Assembly: GCA_000320545.1 (NCBI GenBank)
Contig: ADNK01000427.1
Span: forward strand, 62,001-126,000
Length of the DNA stretch: 64,000 nucleotides
Direction of reading: 5' to 3'
Source of the DNA: Bigelowiella natans CCMP2755
Lineage: Eukaryota > Protista > Cercozoa
In this document: positions 54,773 through 64,000 of the stretch, one piece after another
How the letters are laid out: every line of letters begins with the position of its first letter
Numbering within the stretch: position 1 is the first letter of the stretch
Notes under the pieces: model-generated
Databases searched by the model: none
Told to the model about the DNA's origin: nothing
The model's input: only the letters and a program-made list of their open reading frames with translations
Position numbers and translations under genes: made by a program

Positions 54773-56222
54773 ATGAATGGCTACCACTACAGCCAGCTGC
54801 GCAAGGATTATGATGACAATGAAGAGAGAAGAAAACGTCCTGGGCTTGGGGCGGAAGGAACCACCAAAAAAAATTTGCTTGCATTCGGTGGAGTGTGCCT
54901 CCTCCTCGCCTGTGTGGCGTGCAGCCGTCAATCCCATAGCAGCTTGGCCCTGCAAAGCAGGCCTTCGCAATCTGCATCCTTTCGCCTGAGTAAAGGTCTT
55001 CGTAATGGTGGTGATGGTGGCGTGAGGAGGATCGGTGGAAGGCTTGGGGCACGTGGCCACGAAACTATTCCGATGGCAGCCTGGAATGGACCTCATCGCC
55101 GCCCAAATTTCGAGCTTCGAGCACAAAGACATGTGTATTCGTCCTCTTCATCATCGGAGGGTCGGGGTCAAGGCGCTTCAGCTCTCGATTCCCTTTCCAG
55201 TGAGTTCTCCATAACTCGCCGTCATTATCGACATTTCTACATGAAAATGAGATTTGTGCATCGAGCCTTTCAAGTTCCTCTTTCTTCTCTAACATATGCC
55301 GAAACTATTATTAAGGGTTAGTCTGCTTCTATGTGATATGGAAGACGACAGTGTGGCTTTATTCATTCCGTATTTGGGATATGGCTGATCTTTCATCATC
55401 GTAGAATGCTGCTGACTAGTGTGCTGCTGATGGTTATTCCAATTTTAGGTTTGCTGGGAGAAGCAGAAGTAGAGAACACTAAAGATGGAGAATCGGTTGC
55501 CGAAGGGCCATCCAGGGGGTCAACAGCTCTAAATAGCCTCTCAGGTGTGCAAAATTTTGTTTTAGTAATTAACGACGTTTATGTAGTAGATACATTGAAT
55601 CAGTTATAATAGCCCTTCTTCTCTGTGTAGCACTCCTACCGGGTGAACCATCTCCAGAGCCAACAAAACAACCGACCGCGCCTGCTCAAGATGCATTCTC
55701 AGGACTGATCATACCGGGGGATATAGCAAAGGTACGGCACGATTCATCATCAAACTGCATCTAATAGCCGCTCCATGAATGATGAGCAATCACATCAAAT
55801 GGCAGGAAGCTGATGAGTGCAAGACAGTGGCCGACGTCACAAAAGCCCTAGGAACTTACATTGAGAAGGATGATACCAAATCTGCTTTGAGGTTATTTCC
55901 AGTCGATACAATAAAGCATGTATTGAGTTATTGACTTCCCTGCTGCCGTCATAGATTGCGTATGTTTATTACTTACGTTTGGGTTATTGACTAATGTCAT
56001 GGATATGCCCGGACAAAATTGTACAGAAAGAACACATAAATCCTCCTCGAAAGCTCTCAAATGTAGTAAATCATCACATTTGTTAGACTGGCGGCTCAAT
56101 GTCGGTCAAAGAAGGGAGGCCCTCTGCAGAACTTCGCATCCCGCCACATTGTGGTGCCAAAGAAAGGTCACAGACAGAAAAATGTGCAAAATTAATATGA
56201 CGAGCTCGAAGAGGATGTCATA

Positions 56223-56255
<33 letters not shown>

Positions 56256-56731
56256 TTTCTCGCACTTCATTGTATGTCTATTACATGCAAGTAATCGTTC
56301 TTTTGTGGCTGCTTTAGATTATACTTTGGATGAGTTAGAGCGGCAAAGCATAAACACAACAGCATTTATTGCTCCTGTCGATGATACTCTCGATGATATC
56401 AGACTTGGAGGGTCATAATAAGACAAAACTAATATATCCGCTGTAAATGTGTATTTCTTCACACTCCCTCTTCCTCTCTATTCGTCGAGCTATCGATTCA
56501 TCAGCTGTCTGTATACACGAACAACATCGCGTTTGGAGAACATCTCTTCAAATGCCATCATCAATTTTCATCATCACCATCATCATCAATTACTGTTATT
56601 CCTCCCATTATTCTCTCATTTGCTGTCACAATTATGAAAGATCACTAGCTGCTTTCTCTGGGATCCTAGCTCTCGGATACGCTTTTCATTGGGGGATTGC
56701 GCAGGCCTTGTTTTGTATAACTGGCATTTTT

Positions 56732-56770
<39 letters not shown>

Positions 56771-58078
56771 CATAGTGTAGTGATAGAAGAAGAGAAAGGT
56801 TACTTCGGTTGTTCGAATAATACCTATACAACATCATACCCATGATCAGAGTATTATATGTTTGCGTGTGTTGTTGAAACTGGTGTATTTGATGCATACT
56901 ACATCAGGTCTTTCAGCATATGATACTCTCAGTAACAATGCTGGAGGGAATCTGCTTATTGTGGACACTATAGGCCGCACTATATTCCCAAAATACAAGC
57001 GTAGGGTCGCTGTGCACGAGGCTGGTGTGTACTACTATGATCATGTTCATAAGAATCATTATATATATTATATTTATATTTACATATATAATGTACACGA
57101 ACCAAAAATCCTTGAATATGTAGGGCACTTCCTCGTTTCATATTTGATGGGCGTTCTGCCGGTTGAATACACCTTGTCCGCGCTTGAGTCTTACCAAAAA
57201 CGAGGCAATGATAAGGGGTTGAAATCAGCCGTCCAGGTCGCACAAATACTTTGGGGAGAGGGGGGGAATGAAGTTCTCTGTGGAGGATAATAGACTGTTC
57301 GGAAACAGTAGTATATAGCCTCCAGCTATCGTCCATAATCGTGTATTCCTATCACCACCTTTCTAGGCCGGCACTCGTTTTGCAGACGAAGTATTCAAGA
57401 AGGAGATATCGAGCGGGTCAATACGCGCCCGATCATTGGACCAATTTACTTGCATTTCGCTCGCAGGAATTGCCAGCGAGCTTGTGCTTCTTGAAAAGGT
57501 GTTCCTACCATCATATATGCAATTTCTAGTATCATTCGAGAACGCATAGCATTCTGAGCACTGTAAAAAAGGTCTATTGTGAGTTTGAAGGAGGGGGGAT
57601 GGTGGTTTGTCTTATCACTTTCTTCCACTAATTGTTGATTATTCATCTATGGAAGGCTGAAGGCGGGCGGTCGGATCTGGTGCAGCTTGATGCGCTACTC
57701 TTTGCGCTACGATTTTCCCCTCAGCGAGCGTCTTTCCAAGTCAGATGGGCAGTTTACAACACAGTCAGCTTGATACGAAAACATAAGGAAACGGTATTGC
57801 GAGCAGCGTCTCCCTAGCTAGAAGGGGTTTAGCGTGTGCAGCACCCCGAATTTAAAAATGCACCGATTCGCTGACTTTGACATGATGCTAGTAGCTTCAA
57901 TTTTTTTATAGTGTTATAATAGCATATGAGGAAACGTTTGTTCCTTGTTTCTGGGTACTAGGTGGAAGAGGTTGCAACTGCTATGGAAAAGGGGGCTACT
58001 GTCCAAGATTTGATCGAGCTCTTAGAGGAGAGAATACCACCCCCACCCCCTGAAGAGTACAATGAGGTGCTGCAATAA
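54773..58078 (+). CDS. Plastid-targeted stand-alone peptidase M41-like protein (FtsH protease domain without AAA module; VIR3-like plant/cyanobacterial family)
   Basis: Hydrophobic signal anchor followed by an R/S/G-rich transit-like peptide. YTLDEL, RVAVHEAGHFLVSYLMG (HEXXH), LAGIASE, AEGGRSDL, QVRWAV motifs. Confidence 0.85.
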
Positions 58079-59395
58079 TCCCTAACATCATAATTTTTTG
58101 TAGAATAAATGTTTAATCTCATCTTCAACAAACTTTACTATCAGGACGGTTATGTTGCTAATACAGCATTATACGAGCAGCAGCAGCAGCAGCAGCAGCC
58201 CTAAGCCGTATGATAAAGCACCAAACGTCGAATATCCGTTGTGCGAAGGGCTTTATAACATATCCTTATCAAGAAACATGGAAATAGATGTGTATCTATC
58301 AATTAACCAACACCATTTTGAGCCATTCTTGTATAGAAACTAGCAGTAATATTCTAAATCACCGATTATGCCTAATAATCAATTTTACATCCTAAGGAAG
58401 TACATTATATGTAAAATAACTGAAAATACTTTTCAGCTCACCTTGCCACGCTGTCTGGTGGATGCATGTGTCACGACTAGCGATCAGATGTCGCGTGTGT
58501 GCATGATGATCGCTGCACGATTCTGCTCGAAAGCGCCTGATAAATTAAATGCGGTTCTCTACATGCCTCGCTCCTAGTACAGCAGCACAGCACATAAGTT
58601 GATTCGTAGACATGGTAGTCGTACAAGTAGCTTGCTAGCAATGCTTATTACCAGGGCTATAGTATTAGTCTGCTTATGCCTGAGTCGGCATCGCGAACAC
58701 AGAACTAGAGAACACACAGCAGTCGTAGTATCGTCTCATACGCTCCTGCTGCGGTACATTGAGATAATGCATGTACATTAAGTAAAGATGCACAGGTATA
58801 GGAGGTCGCGATTTTGCACAGCTACATTTGTATTAGGAGAATCAATAAAAGAATGTAAGAGAAGTTTGGACTCACCCGTTACTTGGAAGCCGGGCCGGTT
58901 ATTCAGCTTTTTAATTCCAAGAACAATGATCAAGTCCAGCTAGCCAGTGATAGATTTATGCGAATATACGAACAACTTCTTACACTAAACATAAAACATG
59001 CGTGTATATAACTCATACATTCCTATCTGGCAATGGTGTGGTTTCGAGTCGTCGACCGCTACGTCTGCACGCTTGGTGGAGTCCATTATGCTCATGTCAT
59101 TATCCGAAGTATGCAAGTAATTAGCATCCGCCAAGCTTTATATAGCTAGATAGCTCGTATTAAATAGAGCATGTGTCAATACAACAGCTTGCTAGCTGCA
59201 CAAAAATCACGACGTCTGATGTGTACGAAGAAAGACCTACTTGCGTAAAGCTTACCATGCGCCGAATGCACAATAGACAAAAGTAGCAAGATGTTCTTTG
59301 ATGTATTTAAACTACATGGCCAATTTTTTGAGGTGGCGATGCCATGTAACTGTCATAGCTAACCGTTGAAAGCCATTATTTCGCATCAAAACGGC

Positions 59396-59968
59396 TTAGT
59401 ATGGAATCTTCAGTCCCCAATCAGGTATTCCAGTACATTTTTGGAGGATTGGTACACATTTTGCTTTATTGCAATTTGTACAAATCTGAGCCTTTGGGTT
59501 GATGCACTGCAGGGCACATCGCCGAATTATGCAATAGGAACTGTCACTGTAACATTTCGCGCATTCTTCGGAAAGGCCTAAGGTACGCATGATGCACGCT
59601 TCTGCACAAGACTTTGAATTTGCGACACGAAGTGGATGGCAGCCAATCATGCAATCGCCCAGACGGTCTTTGATGTCCGGAATCTAAAACATTGATAGGA
59701 TGTGACAAATCATCGATTTAGTGATTGTCAGGGATCAGAGTTGAAGTGATAATAAATTAACTTACCTCTTGGTAAACGTGGATATTCTGGCGAGTGCCAC
59801 AATGACCATTCTCCGGAGTCTCGAAAGAGATAGATTTGCTCCATTCTCCCCAGCCAGCTGCATTTCTGGCTCGAATTCTAGCGTTGTATGTTCCTGTAGG
59901 AAGTAGATTTGCAAGCAAAACAGATTCGTAGGATGAAGAACCTGATGAATCTTGATCTCCTGCTGGTT

Positions 59969-60010
<42 letters not shown>

Positions 60011-60736
60011 ATGCTGACGATGTTGCTGCTGCGTTTTGAAGCCAAATGCTTTCTCGTGTCTCAAACGAGGTTCGGTACCAGTACCAATCGTCTGTTTCCA
60101 CCTGATATTCTTCGATATCCATGCCCCCCCCACTTGGCTTATGAAACTCAAGTCTTGTGCACGTGGCATTCAGCACACGTGGGAGAATAGTCCCAACTCT
60201 CGATGGCTTAACCGCACATGCTGTCGTGAATGATGCGATTGTGGAAAATGCCCCAACTCCCAACGAGTTCTCAGCTGCCACTGTGACTTCAAAACTAGCA
60301 CTCGGTTTTAAATTTGTGAGCTCAAACTGCACCTCTCCCTGAAAAGATGGCCTAGCAGGGATGGATATATTCGTCCATTCTCTACATCCAGGAGGAGTGG
60401 CTCGATAGTGAAGATGATAACTTGTAATTTCAGAGCCATTATCTTTGGGTCGTTTCCACGAAATCGTTACGCTAGTGGGGAGAATACGAGATACTACTGC
60501 TGGAGATGATGAAAGGCTTCCATCCGACATTGATGATGACTTTGTTGTTGAGTCATACCCAGGAGGGAAGGGAGGCCCGGGTAGCGGCGATTTCACATTA
60601 GTGTGCATTATTGAACTCTCGCTCCATTTCCCTGTTCCAGAGTCGCAAATGGCACGCGCTCGTACTTCATAATATGTACCCGATTTAAGCGGTGAGGAAG
60701 GGCAGCCCTCTATCAGATAGTGTATAGATGACTGTA

Positions 60737-60768
<32 letters not shown>

Positions 60769-61649
60769 AGTGATGACGGTGATGATGAAAGGGATGTTGA
60801 TGGAGGCAACATCTCAGAGGGGAGGAGTCCGATGGTCCTAAATCTGGAACGCCCCCCTCCCCTCGGCCCTCCCACTCTCCTGCATTGTAGTTCATATGCC
60901 ATAATCGGGTACCCACGCTCCGTAGATCTTGGGATTCGAATGTGAAGCGATGTATCGTTTGCAGATAAAACAGTTGGGGGACCAGGGCTAGAAGGAACCT
61001 CAGGCGAGAGCGTCTTGAAGCAATATACTTCGGAACATTCCCCTTGGCCAGCAGAATTCTCACCACACACCTGAACGCATCGACTTTTACCAGGCTCCAA
61101 GCCCTCCAACCTCACACTCCAATCGTTCAATCCCATTCTTTTCCCATCATAGGATGACTCAAAAATAATTTCAGCTGGCTGTTTCTTCGCAGCAATTGGA
61201 GGTAAAGACTTGCTGACCCACACCACGTACTTATCCGCAATAGAATTCGTACCCGCACCTCTTCCATTTGAAGAGGCTGGCTCTGACCAAAGAAGATCAA
61301 TGAAGTCGTAACCGATGTCTTTCGCCGAGATCTGCGTCGGGGGTATGGGAACTGTTTGAGTATCGACTTCTTCTAGAGGCGCGAAAGCTGAATCAATGGC
61401 ACCCGAACCGAAAAGCATGACCAAGGATGCGATAACTAATACGATCGATAGTGACCAAACCACTCTCCGGGAGTAAGAAAGACACGGCGAGCATGGATAT
61501 CGACAACAAGAACAACAACCACAGAATATCCAATCTATCACAGTTATCAGCGGATTTGATGAGGTTGGTTGCTTCTCTGAGGAATCTAATTCTTGATAGG
61601 GAACTCCTCCCCCCCCGTTGCTGGTCTGCTCATCCAGATTATGCTCCAT
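59396..61649 (-). CDS. Type II membrane protein with four fibronectin type III repeats and a C-terminal cysteine-rich domain, 2 exons
   Basis: Cys cluster + single TM. FN3 signatures (LEGLEPG..V.GENSAG.G, LKSGTYYEVRARA, LKPSASFEVTVAAENSLGVG, LLPTGTYNARIRARNAAGWG). Exon 2 has about 12 Cys (GLSEECAKC...CTG). Confidence 0.85.
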
Positions 61650-62488
61650 TTGACACTCTATCTTTCTCTCTCTATGTCCTCTCCGCTTTAACTATATTTA
61701 TTTTCTGAGCTCCTTACAATCCCTCTGGAATCCTCTTGTTGTTGTCACCTTTGATCTCAGGATCGAAGCCTAGTACAGGGGGGGTCGGGAATGATGTATA
61801 TTCGAATGAAAACCTAGAAACCAATGTTTCTCATTGGATATGCTTGATTTAAAGGAACATAGAAAAAGTGCTCACGTTGTCCATGCAGCGTGTGCCAAGG
61901 AGGGGTGGTCAGGTATAAGCGAGCTACGATGTCGCAGGCCTGCCCGTGTCGACTCGTTCGCTCTTCCAGCTTTGAGGATATCATTGGGGATTTATTATGA
62001 ACGACGTGACCGGAGAAAAAAAATCACCTCAAAAGGGAAGGAAAGAGATGAATACTCGAATATTCCAGGTTCTTTCAGTCGCATGTTGTCGAATGGCCTG
62101 CGTATGTTCTCAAATTTGGAAATTCAGCCATAACTCAGCTGGAAGCTTCGACGCGACGATGGCGAACGGCACAGACCTACTGGCTCTGCAGGTGCCATGA
62201 AAGATGAACAAGGAAACAGGAGAACATCGCTCCTCTATAATTCCATAGAAATTTTCCATTCATGATGATACTCAAAAGGCCGAGTCCCAGAGGAGGGTTT
62301 TGGTTTTCACGGTGTTCAGTCGCGATGGGTTGTTCAAATCGAAATGAAAGTCTCACAGCAGCGAGGGAGGACGGAAGAATTGCACATAAACATCTTCTCG
62401 TTCCTCCTCTATCTGTTGTATTCATTTCGGTATCATCTCCACCTCTCTTTCGAACACCGGCGAATTACTCGCTTGCCAACCCTCCGCG

Positions 62489-62795
62489 ATGGCGAAAAAC
62501 AACAAATCGGTGAAGGTATTTGCGAGATACTGTTCTTCCAGTATACTCGCCCGTCTGAAGATTGGACACCATCGTCGTTGCCACCAATAAAATTTGTTCA
62601 GTATCTTTCTTTAACGTTATCTTTTTTCGCATCCTCCTCCTCCTCCTCCTCCTCCTCCTCCTCCTCCTCCTCTCCTCCTCTCCTCCTCTTCGTGGGCATT
62701 GTCATCTTCCACAGAATCTAGTACGGAGGGATCCACAGGGTTATTTAGAAGAGTTTCGCCAGCAATACCAGCACTTCAAATCCGCACTAGAGGTA

Positions 62796-62844
<49 letters not shown>

Positions 62845-63460
62845 CGAACGTTTTCTATCGAGACACCACATATCAACAACGTGAGCCTCGTTATAATACA
62901 GGTATTCCGGCTCAAGCCTAGCGGTAGGGATGCAAAGCCCTTCTCAAAGCTTATCCGATTCCTCGCACATGTAATAACAATGCCGACCACGACTACTTTC
63001 TGAGAACAACAACGTTACGCATCACATAAAAGAAGAGACTTTCCTTTTCACCCCCCCCCTTTTAGACATATGTATGCATATGTTATGTTTTGCCCCCCCC
63101 CGCTCTCCTTTATTTTCTTTCAAGCAAACGCATTCTCTTCTGTCCTTCTCATAGAGAAAAGACACAGGCTCAGAACAAAACGTGTCTTCTCCTCAGCTGA
63201 ATAACCCTACTAATGCTGAACGCGCTCCTGCTTACAGGTTGCACCGTGCTACAAGAAGGAGGGCGAAGCGAGTGACTTCGCGCCACGTCTATTAGAGTAA
63301 GTTGTTGATGCGCTCTCCTATCACTATCATGCCACGATTACGTCCTCCTAACAACGGGTGGGTGAATGGATGGATCGGATGTATTATCAGATTAATGGAA
63401 CACCAGTATGAGGTTCTAGGAAAGGACCTTCGATCGATAATAGCCCAGGCCTTAATACAG

Positions 63461-63494
<34 letters not shown>

Positions 63495-64000
63495 AGACAG
63501 AAGGATATATGATCGATAAGTCTGCGATGTAAGCCATTCAGCACCTGCTCTTATTGGGGTGCGTGCGTGCGTGCGTATGTGTGTATTTGATTGTGCATGT
63601 GTGTGTGTGTGTGTGTGTGCGTGTGTTTTCTACCAGCTTTGTAACAGGGATATGGTGTCGAGATTCGAGCTCCTGCCAATTTTCTTCAAGCTCTTCCGGT
63701 CCTTTATTTGCCAACCTATAGACAGCAGCAGACGATGTGTTTTGCTTCAACATGAACTACTACTAACTACTACTCCTCTATTGCTACTCTATTATTACTC
63801 TCAGGTGTAAAGATAAAGCATTACGGAGTGTGATCTATTCTCATGTGGTAAGCACGCTCCCTCTCGAAGGTTTTTCACGCAGTGTGTTAAAAGGGTCTTG
63901 TTCAGGTGAATGATGTCGTGAGACTTAATCGCAAAGCAAAAGACCAGAAGATGAACAAGAAACTCCAGTCGTTTTTCCTCTCCATGCTCAAAGTAGTTGT
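62489..64000 (+). CDS. SDA1: SDA1 (60S ribosome biogenesis), 5' part; runs off the window end
   Basis: NLVRRDPQGYLEEFRQQYQHF, LIRFLAHVAPCY, LRSIIAQALI, LLPIFFKLFRCKDKALR, KMNKKLQSF. Confidence 0.88.

Overview
Gene-dense, intron-rich eukaryotic nuclear DNA with many intronic microsatellites. It is most likely a chlorarachniophyte alga, inferred from a bipartite signal-anchor plus transit-peptide leader on a plastid M41-like protein. I reconstructed about 18 host genes by hand-splicing: MFS transporter, ornithine decarboxylase, PHD-finger protein, COMMD10, TELO2, an Aida-C2 protein, an EF-hand/SH2 protein, a hypothetical protein, a 7TM ion-channel (GRL/DUF3537-like) protein, GST, PPIL1, LMBRD2-like, MAPKK, CYRI/FAM49, ABHD17-like, plastid M41-like peptidase, an FN3 membrane protein and SDA1 (cut by the window end). 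The window also holds an intact, very young Ty3/gypsy-type LTR retrotransposon (32760-38475, 326-bp LTRs, GGCC TSD) and an apparently identical intronic solo LTR. Main leads: (1) a sharply bounded 1.7-kb block (43441-45130) from which TAY/RTA triplets have been almost eliminated, consistent with targeted A:T->G:C hypermutation, a RIP-like defence acting on adenine; (2) a degenerate DIRS-type adenine-methyltransferase-like domain fused after the retroelement's atypical DD(27)E integrase; (3) a long spliced multi-uORF leader with antizyme-like UGA sites on ODC, which sits head-to-head with a DHA1-type MFS; (4) an apparent 1-nt frameshift in the LMBRD2-like gene. All exon models and family calls come from visual motif recognition, not database searches.
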